This document shows, in pieces, positions 1 to 10,222 of a stretch of DNA of 64,000 nucleotides (position 1 is its first letter; every line of letters starts with the position of its first letter). The DNA comes from Nitrosopumilus sp. (lineage in GTDB: Archaea > Thermoproteota > Nitrososphaeria > Nitrososphaerales > Nitrosopumilaceae): assembly GCA_965218695.1 (NCBI GenBank), contig OZ244651.1, positions 512,001-576,000 on the forward strand, read 5' to 3'. The notes below the pieces were generated by a model. That model was given only the letters and a program-made list of their open reading frames with translations. It searched no databases and was not told where the DNA came from. A program made the translations under genes and the position numbers.

Positions 1-3
1 GAA

Positions 4-615
4 ATGTTCGTCTTGAACAAAATAGACAAAAACACGTTGGCCGTTTTGTACGCGTGTTCCATCAACGGGAACGACCCATTCGAAGCAATGTCGAAGACGC
101 TTTTTCTTTCTGAAATCCGGACACGGCTGGATCGGTTGAAGCAAAATGGATTGTCTGATGGTAATGCAGCCCTTACGAAAAAAGGACGCGATTCAATCAG
201 GGTCGTCTTGACTGGAGGCGTGTTCGACATCATACACCCAGGGCACGCGCACACGCTCAACGCGGCGAAGGCATTGGGTGACGTGTTGGTGGTGGTCGTC
301 GCCACTGATGATACCGCAAGGCGAATGAAGCGCAAAATTCCGCAACATTCCAAAGAGGAACGCCAACAACTTACAGATCTGCTCGAAATGGTGGACGTGT
401 GTCGTGTTGGACAGAAGGACATATTCCGCACTGTTGAGATAATACGCCCAGACGTAATCGCGCTAGGGTACGACCAGGCGCACCATGAAAAGTCTATCAA
501 GACGGGGTGCGAACGGCTTGGAATCGAGGCAAAGATAGTACGGCTCCAGTCACCAATGCCTGGCATTTCAAGTTCAAAATTGACTCAGGATGCCGGCGTC
601 ACATACAATCTATAA
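4..615 (+). CDS. ribL: FAD synthase / cytidylyltransferase family protein with N-terminal HTH-like extension
   Basis: GGVFDIIHPGH (HxGH) motif, VVVVATD, PDVIALGYDQ, ISSSK; typical archaeal RibL. Confidence 0.85.
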   Translation: MFVLNKIDKNTLAVLYACSINGNDPFEAMSKTLFLSEIRTRLDRLKQNGLSDGNAALTKKGRDSIRVVLTGGVFDIIHPGHAHTLNAAKALGDVLVVVVATDDTARRMKRKIPQHSKEERQQLTDLLEMVDVCRVGQKDIFRTVEIIRPDVIALGYDQAHHEKSIKTGCERLGIEAKIVRLQSPMPGISSSKLTQDAGVTYNL

Positions 616-673
616 TTGTCCCGCGCTTCTTGCAAGTTCGATATATTGAAAAGATTAAATGACTAGGTGACGG

Positions 674-901
674 ATGAAGAAAATGGGTGAACGGGAAGAC
701 GCAACGCGCATTTTGAAAGAAGCCACTCCAAAAATGAACAAAGCCGTCTCAGAGCGCAATAAAAAAATGGACGAGGCTAGGCGCATCGGCATCAACGATT
801 CAAGATACGAAGACTCGTGTGCACAAATATTGGTGTTCGACAACTTTATCAGAGATTTAGAAGTTAAAATAAACGCGGCACAGAAAATATTGGACAAATA
901 A
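674..901 (+). CDS. small helical hypothetical protein
   Basis: 75-aa ORF with TATA-like sequence upstream and a poly-T tract downstream. Confidence 0.55.
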   Translation: MKKMGEREDATRILKEATPKMNKAVSERNKKMDEARRIGINDSRYEDSCAQILVFDNFIRDLEVKINAAQKILDK

Positions 902-919
902 CGAACGGGGGCGTCTTAG

Positions 920-933
920 TTTTTTTTATTTTT
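920..933 (+). terminator. oligo-T archaeal terminator
   Basis: T-rich tract just downstream of 674..901. Confidence 0.5.
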
Positions 934-1067
934 ACGACAAGGCACCGTTCTGCGACAATTAATCATTGGAAGATGGGAATTTTTCATTGCGCTAAAACCC
1001 ACATCCATGCATGTGTTGATGACTTCACAGAGCCAAACACGTCAAGAATAAGGGTAAATACCCATGG

Positions 1068-2468
1068 TCAGGCTTCAAGCAGCCTTACGTGGAACCCGTT
1101 GCCCTCAAGCGAAAGCAGACGCTTCTTGTATTTGGTAAATTCCTCGTAAGTCATGATGATGTCGTGCCTCTTGTTCTTCTGCTTGCTGTGCATCAGCCTG
1201 CCTGACAGTTGCATCTCCTCCTGGCGCGAGCCAAAATGGAAGTCAATCTCGATGATGCGGTCCAGATCCTCGATGTGCAGTCCTTCGGTGAACACGGATG
1301 ATGCAACGAACGAGTGGTTCTCGCGCATCACGTCCAGCCTGTAGTCGGTTTCCGCGTTGACGAACTCAAGTCCAAGCATACGGGCGGCATGCCGGCCGAC
1401 GTCGATGTGGTAGCTGTACACCATCGTTCGTTTCTCCGGGTCGTACAGGTCGCGCATCTTGTACATCTTGGCCCTGGCCGTCTTTACGATGTGCACGTTG
1501 ATCGGGTGGTACCCGGGGCCGTACTTGCGCATGTAGTTGGGCCAGTTGATGCTCTGCGGCCGTCCGGTCAGCGCAACTATCAGGTGGTTCCTGCCGTCCT
1601 CCCTGTACGGCGTGGCGTCCAGCCCCATGCGGTACTCGGTCTGGATGGTCGACAGCCTGGCAAACGTGGTCGCGGGAAGCCTCCTGCATTCGTCAAATAT
1701 CGTCACGCCAAACTGCCCGTCGTAGTCGCGGAACCCCTGGTACGTCGTGATGATCGTGTTGTCCAGAACTTCCGGAATGTGCGTCTCGATGTACTCGCGC
1801 CACTGGTCAAGCAGCGTCCTTTTGGGGCTTATGATCAGATTTTTCCGGCCGTCCACGCGGATCTTCTCCAGCGCCTTCATGCCGATAAACGACTTGCCGC
1901 TGCCGGTAGGGTGGAACACGCCGACTGCGCCGGACATCAAAAAGTTCCTCCAGGGAGCGGTCTGGTACGTGCGGAGCTTTATCTTGCTTTCTGTTTCGTT
2001 CAGGTGAGATTTTTTCACCGGTTTTGGCACGAACGGGACGTGCCCGCTCTGCAGTATCTGGTCTATGATGTGGTACTCGTGTCCCTTTGTTATCCTGGCG
2101 GCGTCGTCCTCCCAGTCCGTGACGAACCGATCCAGTTCTTTCTTGACGGCCTTTTTGTCATCCGGCTCAAACGTCACGGTGTTGCCGGTGACGGTGGCCT
2201 TGATTGGCTCCGGCATGTCGAACTTCGACAGGATCTCGTCGGGCACGTGCCCGAACAATATGGAATACTGGTTCACTTCGTACCTTAGCCACACGCCGTC
2301 GACCTCGTCCTTGAGCCACCCGACTTGGAACTGTGGGTAGAATTTTGGCACCATGATGTGTAACGTCTTGCGGCCTGCGGGATACATGAAATACGGATGC
2401 TTGTCGAATTTTTCGTACTCCTCGTAATTGTTTCGCTTTTTGAAGTAACCGGATGGCCTAGCGGACAT
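1068..2468 (-). CDS. XPB/Rad25-like superfamily 2 helicase
   Basis: LRTYQ Q-motif, PTGSGKS Walker A, DECRR variant DExH box, GLDATPYRED motif III, EGLHI, QLSGRLM motif VI. Confidence 0.85.
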   Translation of the reverse strand: MSARPSGYFKKRNNYEEYEKFDKHPYFMYPAGRKTLHIMVPKFYPQFQVGWLKDEVDGVWLRYEVNQYSILFGHVPDEILSKFDMPEPIKATVTGNTVTFEPDDKKAVKKELDRFVTDWEDDAARITKGHEYHIIDQILQSGHVPFVPKPVKKSHLNETESKIKLRTYQTAPWRNFLMSGAVGVFHPTGSGKSFIGMKALEKIRVDGRKNLIISPKRTLLDQWREYIETHIPEVLDNTIITTYQGFRDYDGQFGVTIFDECRRLPATTFARLSTIQTEYRMGLDATPYREDGRNHLIVALTGRPQSINWPNYMRKYGPGYHPINVHIVKTARAKMYKMRDLYDPEKRTMVYSYHIDVGRHAARMLGLEFVNAETDYRLDVMRENHSFVASSVFTEGLHIEDLDRIIEIDFHFGSRQEEMQLSGRLMHSKQKNKRHDIIMTYEEFTKYKKRLLSLEGNGFHVRLLEA

Positions 2469-3549
2469 CCATGGTACCGGGAATGAATCTAATAATTTCG
2501 TACTCGGGATGACAAAGTTAGGCCGTCACGATCCAAGTACGAGTGGGTGCCAGTCCCTTCGATCTTTGGAAATGAAGGAACCAGCACGCCGAACATGCTT
2601 GGAGGCGGAGGAATTTAAGGCAACGCACGAGCCCTCCTTGCCCTTACCACAAATCCCACCGGATGCAGGGGCGTGCATGAAATCAGGATGCAGGTGCTGC
2701 CGGTTCTGGTCAGGGGTGCTTGGTGACATGATCGGTTTGGCAGGCAAGATCCCGGAGGCTGCTGCTGCTGCTGCTGCCGAAGTTGCAGGCAGACCATGTA
2801 CCGGCTGCAAGGAGATCGAGGGCCTGCAGGCACTCGTCTCATCCCTCACAGGGGACAACAAGAGGTACGCCAAGGCCAACGGGGATCTTAACGCCAAGGC
2901 CAACGGGATCAACATCCCCACCGTGACCAAGAAAAAGGCAGGCCCAAGGAAGGCAGCCGGCAGGCCCAAGGGGCAAAAACCCACCATCAACTGCAGGCCA
3001 AAACGCGTCGACCGCGTCGAGGAGATTGACTGCAGGGAATGTCCCGACTGTGGCGACAGCGGCAATCTTTCGGACGTGACTGACAGGTACGACCGCGTCG
3101 TGACTGTCATGCGCGTCATGCTGGAAAACGTCAGGTACGTCATCAAGCGGCGCTGGTGCCGCGGGTGCAAAAAACAGGTCTCAGGGAGGGTTCCCGGCGC
3201 GGCAAAACACGCGCGCCGTTCATCAAACTTTGACGCGGCCATGACGTCCCTGAACATGAACGGTTTGTCGCATGCCAGGGCCGCAGAATTTGGCGGCGAC
3301 GCGTTGGGGCACGAAATCTCGCGCTCGTCTGCCTACCGCGGCAAGATCAGGCAGGCCGGGCGCATGGCACCGGAGCGTGATTCTGTAAGGAAGCGCGTGT
3401 CCGAGGCGCCGCACCTGAACGCAGACGAGTTCCACTGGCCGTTGGGCGGCAGGCGCGGCTACGGGACAGTGGCCCTGGCAAAAGACGCCTGCCTCGTGGA
3501 GGTAACCGGCTCGCGGGACATCAAGACGCTCTGCCAGACGCTCCCTGAC

Positions 3550-4784
3550 GGCGTTGTCCACCTTTTGATAATCCTGCTCTATTTCACACTATTTTTGGTT
3601 CATTTTGGCATCCCAAACCTGGACTCTGAAGGGGTTTCTGGTGTCGGCAGGCTTGCGGTTGGTCGTTTTTGAGCCGTTTTCATCTAGTGGTGCATGGCAT
3701 CCGCTGGAACCGGAAACCGGCATTCTGCCCCTACCGGGACCCCTATGCTATCAGGTTGTAGCAGATGCTTCGCAGGATTACCTGGAGCCTCTGCATGGGA
3801 AACGTCTTTGCGGCCACGACGGAACCGAACCTCTCCTTCATGGATGAGAACACGGACTCGACAAGACTGCGCTGGTGGTACACCTTCTCGAACCCTTCCC
3901 GATCCCGCCTGAACCAGCGGAGCATCTCTGCCCTGGGATTGAAGCCCTTTGCGGTGTGGTTCTTGCGGGGCCAGATCACCGGTTTTCTGCCGCTGTCGTA
4001 GATCATCTTGCAGTTTGCGTGCGCGTCATACGCCGAATCCAGCATGACGTGCCCGTCGCCGTCTGGCACGCCGGCAATCATCTTTCGGAATATCGGCGAG
4101 TCGTGGGCAAGTCCGGGCGTCACCATGCATGCGGCGATCCTTCCGTGCGGGGCTACCAGTATGTGCAGCTTGACGAACTGACGCCTGGGTATGATGCCCT
4201 TCTTGGCATCCTCCCAGTCGGCATAGACGTTGATTTAGAATCCGGTCGCGTCCCCGAGGAGCGGACCGTGAGCGTCACTCCCTGCCTGTCCCAGGATCAC
4301 TTCCATCAGAATCTTCTGCTTTTCTGCCAGCCTCTTGGCTGCCGCATGCAGGCACGATTTGGACGGAACGGCTTTTAAGCCGCAGACGTGCAGTGAACCT
4401 GGGTTTGCCTCGAGGTACGAGACGTGTTCCCGGTACGAGTTGCCGCGAAACTCCTTGTCCGCCAGGCAGACCAAGTAAGAGATCTCGCGCCGGTCCTTGT
4501 CGGACTTGGGCTTGCAGATCTCGTACAGGGTGGTGGTAAGGGCGAGGATTCCGATTGACACTCGTTTCCCCTCCCCACTCCTTCGCATCTCGTATTTTTT
4601 GCTGTAGCCTTTCGGGCGCACCCATTTCTTCTTGTCTTCCTTGTCTCTGTTCTTTGCTTTCCTCTTTTTTCTATTGGAATTCATTAATTGTGGGCAGGAT
4701 CGGTGATCCAAAACTTTTCGGATGTCTGACGCTAATGATCTTTAAGCGTAACGCTGCTTTTTTGAGGAAGATGTGGACAACGCC
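3550..4784 (-). mobile_element. IS5-family insertion sequence
   Basis: 12-bp TIR ggcgttgtccac/gtggacaacgcc; 10-bp direct repeat gctccctgac at 3540-3549 and 4785-4794. Confidence 0.92.
3743..4711 (-). pseudogene. IS5-family DDE transposase with in-frame stop
   Basis: GDATGF* then INVYADWEDAKK, HDSP, DSAYD, YHQRSLVESVFS; homologous to the intact 26983..27951. Confidence 0.88.
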
Positions 4785-5452
4785 GCTCCCTGACTACAAG
4801 GGAACCATAACGCAGGACTCGTATCCCGGGTGGCTCCACGTGGGATCGTGCCGCCAGATGTGCGTGTGGCACCAGGAACGCCTGGTGCAAAAGGACGTCC
4901 TGGCCAACCCCAAAGGCGACGTTCCAAAGTTTCTGGACAGGCTGTCGGCAATCCACGATAAGATTTATCGCGCATCCCGAATCGAGGACGGGCACACGAG
5001 GATCGTCGCGGCCCACTGCATAGACGCGGAGCTGCGCGGGCTGATGAACGAACCGCTTGCAGGCGACGGGGACGGCACCATCGCCCGGCACAAGAAGAGG
5101 TACCCGCGGGAGGGATATTTCATGACCACCTGCCTGCACGTGGACGGCATCGAGCCTGACAACAACGCAGTGGAGAGGGTCAACCGGAGGTTCGTGGCCG
5201 TAAGGAGCGACGGGGGCGGAAACCGCTCCCAGACGGGCATGGATGCCAACTCGATCCTGTTCACGCTGCTGGCAACTGACAGGATCAACGGGAACAGTTT
5301 CTTTGATCATCTGGTCCGCTCGTCATCCGGAGACGGTTGAGGCATCATCTGACGGCACGCGTGGTGCATTACGGGAAAAAAGATTCCACGGCAGGGGAAA
5401 GGCTGCACCTGCTCCACTGCTGGGCAGGCCACTTCAAAAAGCGAAACTGTTA

Positions 5453-6752
5453 CAGTAGTCGGAAATTTACCCCTTAGGCAGGTCCCCCGACATCATACGG
5501 TTGACCCACAATCCTACATAATTCCAATGCAGCCATGGCCGCAGCATATGCGACAAGCGCCAGAGTCACCCGATCATAACTCGAATCCGCACGGTACTGC
5601 TCCACTGCCCACGTGTTGTACATGAACAGCGAGACGTAAAACATGATTGCCCTAAACGACGCATTGCGGCTTGTCGTCCTCGGACGCACCTGCTCTACCT
5701 GCTTGTATCCTGTCTCTATCCCCCACCTTCTCCTGTACTCCTCTGGAAGCGTCTCAATCTCGTCTAGCGCCCTGGCAGGGGAAAGGTTGGTGGCAAAGAC
5801 ATGGTATCTTTCCGTGGCATCGGCATCAGGATCGTCTATCTTTTTTGAGGGCGTGATTATCAACGTGAATGTAACAGACTGGCCTGCTGCGTTTCTGAGG
5901 GTGTACCGTGAGACTGCCCTGCGTGATTTATCGTGGTGCTCCCGTATCGCCCTCTTCATCCCCACGTTCTTGACTGCCGGCATCAGGAACTTGCGCCTTT
6001 GTTCGGATACAAGCCTGATTATCTCAGTCGAGTAAAACTCGCGGTCCATCAGCAGCAGCCGGGCCCGTATCCTGTAATCCCTGAGTTTTTGCATGAATTT
6101 ACGCACAAAATCGGCGTTGTCCACGCTGCGCGTGACCTGCATGCACTCCAAAATGGCCGGAACCTGCTCTGCTACCACGTGCATTGTCGCATAGCACTCG
6201 AACCTGCCTGTACCGCCCTTTGGTTTGGACCATATCAGGTGTGACATGTTGTCCTTGTCGTGCCTTGGTATCAGGTGCTTGTCTATTGCCACCAGTACGC
6301 CTCCCTTGTACCGGCACGTATTCTTGGCAAGCCTTGCGGTGCGTGTGAGCATGTCCCTGCAGAGTTCGTCTGCACCGTCTGATTCTAGCGAGTTTACCAT
6401 GTTGCGAAACCACTTGGGTGACGGCATCTTCTTTTTGGCATGCTTGAGCAGCCTGATTGCCTCCTCGGAGGCTATGTTGGATTCAGACATCTTCATCAGT
6501 ATGGCTGCAAACTCGCCCACCCCGTATTGGGCATTGTTCCCAGTAGGGAATCCTATGGGTGCAGACCACAGTATTCCTGACAAGGTATTAAGCATCCTTT
6601 CTCCGATCTTGTTACGGTGTACCTGCCCACCTTTTTGCGCAAACACTAGGGTGGGCAAGGACGCCGTAGATAATAGATCCGTATGCTCGAAAAATGTTAA
6701 CACGTCTGCGAACATCTGTTGGATGGCTTAGAGGGTAAATTTCCGACTACTG
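5453..6752 (-). mobile_element. ISH3-family insertion sequence
   Basis: perfect 20-bp TIR cagtagtcggaaatttaccc; 5-bp TSD tgtta at 5448-5452 and 6753-6757. Confidence 0.93.
5474..6715 (-). CDS. ISH3/IS4-like DDE transposase
   Basis: AIDKHLIP, LMDREFYS, YRRRWGIETGY motifs; intact ORF. Confidence 0.9.
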   Translation of the reverse strand: MFADVLTFFEHTDLLSTASLPTLVFAQKGGQVHRNKIGERMLNTLSGILWSAPIGFPTGNNAQYGVGEFAAILMKMSESNIASEEAIRLLKHAKKKMPSPKWFRNMVNSLESDGADELCRDMLTRTARLAKNTCRYKGGVLVAIDKHLIPRHDKDNMSHLIWSKPKGGTGRFECYATMHVVAEQVPAILECMQVTRSVDNADFVRKFMQKLRDYRIRARLLLMDREFYSTEIIRLVSEQRRKFLMPAVKNVGMKRAIREHHDKSRRAVSRYTLRNAAGQSVTFTLIITPSKKIDDPDADATERYHVFATNLSPARALDEIETLPEEYRRRWGIETGYKQVEQVRPRTTSRNASFRAIMFYVSLFMYNTWAVEQYRADSSYDRVTLALVAYAAAMAALELCRIVGQPYDVGGPA

Positions 6753-6801
6753 TGTTACCACAGATACATAAATACCAGAAACAATTCTGACATATCAGAA
6801 G

Positions 6802-8577
6802 ATGAAGGTGTCGTTCTGTTTTGGATTCTTGTGTATTTTGACACTAGCGGCAGTCGTGTCAGGTCTGGAATCAACCATACCTGAGATAGTACATGAGAAT
6901 CAACATCAGTCACACATTCCTACGGCATATGCGCAATCGGACGCCACGGAATCTGTCCAGTATCCGTCCCCGTTACAGCAGTACACTGACGGGATTCCAT
7001 TGCACGAGATACAGTGCAATACGCCGAGAGAACTCTACGTGACAGGCTCCCAGATGCCCATCTGCCTGTACCCAGACACATACCAGATGTTGCTGGACCG
7101 TGGCGTAAGCCTTTCCATGCCGCCCACGCAAGAGTCCGTGATTCGAGCAGTGACAGAAGACACGATAGCCATGTATGACTCAGACCCAGATGGCGCGTTT
7201 GCAACCATCAACGCAATGATGTCCACTGATCCATCGTATCCATTTATTGTGGACTCTGATGGCGTCGTTGTGGCGCACGGATCAAACCCGGATCATGTCG
7301 GAGTCGACAGCAGGGCGATTTCGGCCACCAACAAGCCTGTTGAGGTGATTATCGCAGAACTTCAGAAAGGCAACGTATGGGTAGAGTATGCGTTCCACAA
7401 TCCTGCAACCGAGGCAGAACAATACAAGCGCTCCCTGATTGTATTGCATGACGGGTACGTCTTTGGCTCCGGATACTATGTCACACCAGAGTCGATAGTC
7501 CGGGGGGTGGTAGAGGATACAATCGCCATGTATGGCTCAGACCCAGACGGCGCGTTTGCAACCATTACTGCAATGATGGCGAATTATCCGTCGTATCCGT
7601 TTGTGATAGACTCGAATGGCATCGTTGTGGCGCACGGATCAAACCCGGATCATGTCGGAGTCGACAGCAGGGCGATTTCGGCCACCAACAAGCCTGCTGA
7701 TGTGGTTATCTCCGAGCTTGAGGAAGGCGAGATGTGGGTAGAGTATACGTTCACCAACCCTGCCACCGGAGCAGAACAGCACAAGCGCTCCCTGATTGTG
7801 CTGCATGACGGGTACATCTTTGGCTCTGGATACTATCCTATACTGGACAAGATGACTGGTGGTGCCATGACTTTGCTGGAATTGACTGCAGAAGAGACTG
7901 CGTGGCTGGAAGAGAATGACTCCATCCGTATATCATATGATCCTGGCTGGTTCCCGATAGAGTATGCTGACGAGTCAGGCAACCTTGCAGGTACGACGCT
8001 CCGATATGCTGCAGAATTTTCCAAGCTGACTGGAGCCAGCTTTGTAGGGATTCCCGCACCATCCAGCTGGAATGACGCTCTTGAAATGATGCGCAGTGAC
8101 AATGCAGATGTCATGTTTATGATAGTCAGCACTCCTGAAAGGCTCGATTACATGAGCTTTACGTCCTCCCACTACATCATAGAGGTGGGCATAATAACAC
8201 CTGACGACAGGCAGGCCACCTTGGCAGACGAGGATCTCCGGCTACTTACGATAAGCGGCTATGCCACAGAGGGATGGCTGGATGAGAACCATCCGGATGT
8301 TGAATACATCTCGGTGGGCAGCTTTGAGGAGGGATTCGAACTCATGAGGACAGGAGAGGCAAACGCATTTGCAGCCGTATGGCCTGTCATAGCACAACAT
8401 GCAGAGTCTGCCGGAATTGATTTGTACAATGCCGGTTCCACAGGATACCAATATGACCTGTTGATAGCATACGACAGTGACAAACCGCTTCTTGGCTCCA
8501 TCCTGCAAAAGACGCTGGATCAGATCCCCGCATCTCAGATAGAGCAGTGGTGGAATGATGCGCTGCCTGCCCAATAG
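6802..8577 (+). CDS. secreted protein with two tandem Cache domains and a periplasmic-binding (PBP2, BvgS-like) domain
   Basis: signal peptide and AYAQS; duplicated YPF..D..G.VVAHG...WVEY.F.NPAT...K.S......GY.FGSGYY; then LTAEETAWL..N..IR...DP.W.PIEY. Confidence 0.8.
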   Translation: MKVSFCFGFLCILTLAAVVSGLESTIPEIVHENQHQSHIPTAYAQSDATESVQYPSPLQQYTDGIPLHEIQCNTPRELYVTGSQMPICLYPDTYQMLLDRGVSLSMPPTQESVIRAVTEDTIAMYDSDPDGAFATINAMMSTDPSYPFIVDSDGVVVAHGSNPDHVGVDSRAISATNKPVEVIIAELQKGNVWVEYAFHNPATEAEQYKRSLIVLHDGYVFGSGYYVTPESIVRGVVEDTIAMYGSDPDGAFATITAMMANYPSYPFVIDSNGIVVAHGSNPDHVGVDSRAISATNKPADVVISELEEGEMWVEYTFTNPATGAEQHKRSLIVLHDGYIFGSGYYPILDKMTGGAMTLLELTAEETAWLEENDSIRISYDPGWFPIEYADESGNLAGTTLRYAAEFSKLTGASFVGIPAPSSWNDALEMMRSDNADVMFMIVSTPERLDYMSFTSSHYIIEVGIITPDDRQATLADEDLRLLTISGYATEGWLDENHPDVEYISVGSFEEGFELMRTGEANAFAAVWPVIAQHAESAGIDLYNAGSTGYQYDLLIAYDSDKPLLGSILQKTLDQIPASQIEQWWNDALPAQ

Positions 8578-8629
8578 TCCCTGAAACTGGCTCTAGAGTA
8601 GACTGCATGGCTGGAAGAGAATGACTCCG

Positions 8630-8809
8630 GCTCTGGTAAATTTTGGTGATCTCTAGCGTTCCCTGTTCAAAAGTGTGTTTTTTGGATCTTCTCCAGATTC
8701 GATCCCGCTCGCATTTCGTCACGGTGTTCAAAAGCGCGGTGCCTTCCGCAATGCTGTTCAAAAGTGGGCCAAGCCATACTTGGCATCTTGGTAGTAAATT
8801 TTCGTGATC
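8630..8809. repeat. MITE-like element, copy of the 51351..51550 family (inverted)
   Basis: starts gctctggtaaatt; shares gttcaaaa.tgtgtttttggatctt.tccagattc.atcccgc with the reverse complement of 51370-51550. Confidence 0.75.
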
Positions 8810-8968
8810 CCAGTCAGTTCTCTTCTGGATCGTGCCCATGAGGATGGATTTCTTTGTCATTTTTTGTGGCTTGCCCCCATGCGTTTTTTGAGGCTTTTGG
8901 GCAACCTTGCCCTATTTCCTGATGCGCCCGAAAAACCCGTTATCCTCTTCTTTCATCTGCGCTTTCAA

Positions 8969-10062
8969 TAGTGGCGATCAAAAGTTCCTGCAAAATAATT
9001 CGGCTTTTCTGTTAAGGAATTTGAACAAATCCAGATTGAATCTTGCAGTTCGATAATACTGGGAGACGGCACTGTGCATGTCCAAGAAGGTTTTGTAGTA
9101 TTCTGAGACAAGCAGGTTCCGTTTTCCTTGGTGCCAGCATTCTTCCACGGCGTTGAGATACGGCGAGCCTTTTGGCAGGTATATGATCTTGATGTTCTTG
9201 TTCTCGCGCAGCAGCGTCCGGACGGCTTTTGCGCGGTGCGGGGACGCCCTGTCCACCATGACGGCCACCTTCCCAAAATGCCTCTGCAGGGCCTTGAGGT
9301 ACGCAACAAATGTGGGCGCGTTAAACCCGCTGGCAGTCCTGAAGAACTGCCTGCCATCGGTCGTGACTGAACCGTACACGGCGATTCTTTTGTGGCTTCC
9401 AGTGTATGGCACGGTTATTGGCACCCCCACGGGGGACCAATACTTGCGACCCGATTTTACGTCGTGTATGAAGAACGCCTCGTCTTCCACGACTGGGACA
9501 AAATCGTCCTTTTCTAGGCGTGAAATTCTCTTTTTGAGGCGATATTGCCAGCTTTTACGGCCGTTTTGGTGGCCCTGTTGATGTGGATCCTTTGCGACCC
9601 CTTGGGAGACAGGCCGTATTTTTGCATGATTTTCCTGATGTTCGTTCTGTGCATCTTTGTTCCCGTTTCCCTGTGTATGACCTGCTGCAGTTCGGCAGGA
9701 GTGGTCTTGAACCGGTCCACTACCTTGTCCAGTATGCCGTCCATCGCTTCCGGCGAAATCTTGGGCGGCCTGCCGGATCTGGGAAGATCCCGGAGGCCTT
9801 CGAGGCCTCCTTCCTCGTATCTGCGCATCCAGCGGTATACCCACCGGTCAGCCTGCAAGAGAATGTCTGCGGCATCGCTTATGCTCATCTTGCGCACGTG
9901 TACCATGTGCACTGCAAGCATTCTGACACGCACCCTGCCGTCTTTTTCCTTTTTGTACGCCTTTTCGAGTTCTTCCTGTTTTGTTTCGTCCATGCTGCGT
10001 TCAAGGACCACGGATCTACATAGTTTTCGGGCAGAATTTGTCAAAACTTTTGCGCGTCACTA
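8969..10062 (-). mobile_element. IS630-family insertion sequence
   Basis: imperfect TIR tagtggcgatcaaaagtt / aacttttgcgcgtcacta. Confidence 0.88.
8978..10044 (-). pseudogene. IS630 transposase, frameshifted near 9560
   Basis: HTH part (GLRDLPRSGRP) in 9514..10044; DDE part (DEAFF, VDRASPH, PKGSPYLNAVEECW) in 8978..9844; the two relatives in this window are single ORFs. Confidence 0.85.
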
Positions 10063-10222
10063 AAGTCTTCGTAGACTTTCTCAATGTCTTCGATTTTTTG
10101 CACCGATCTGGGATATTTGTTCAAGAGCTCCCTTTCACTGCCCGAGATTCCATAGATTAAAGCCACAATAACTAGTTATGAGCCTCATATAGTTAAAAAT
10201 ATTTGTAAAAATAAAAAAAATG

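Larger units (their letters stand above)
2509..5340 (+). pseudogene. IS66-family transposase interrupted by an IS5-family element
   Basis: GRPKGQK, CPDCG, WCRGC, ADE..W, QDSY, DNNAVER motifs; removing 3550-4794 rejoins KTLCQTLPD|YKGTITQDSY in frame. Confidence 0.9.
2500..6767 (+). mobile_element. IS66-family element carrying two nested ISs (outer boundaries tentative)
   Basis: GTA...TAC ends (gtactcggga / cacagatac), flanks ataatttc vs ataaatac (6/8 match, degenerate 8-bp TSD), IS66 transposase inside. Confidence 0.5.
8912..10153 (-). pseudogene. small (~48 aa) hypothetical gene split by IS630
   Basis: removing the IS and one AA gives MESRAVKRELLNKYPRSVQKIEDIEKVYEDLKAQMKEEDNGFFGRIRK*. Confidence 0.5.

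Noticed and set aside
1314-2288. 324-aa + strand ORF and similar long antisense ORFs (32454..33758, 49968..51263, 58070..59194)
   Set aside because: Shadow ORFs opposite well-supported genes in GC-rich DNA, with no motifs.
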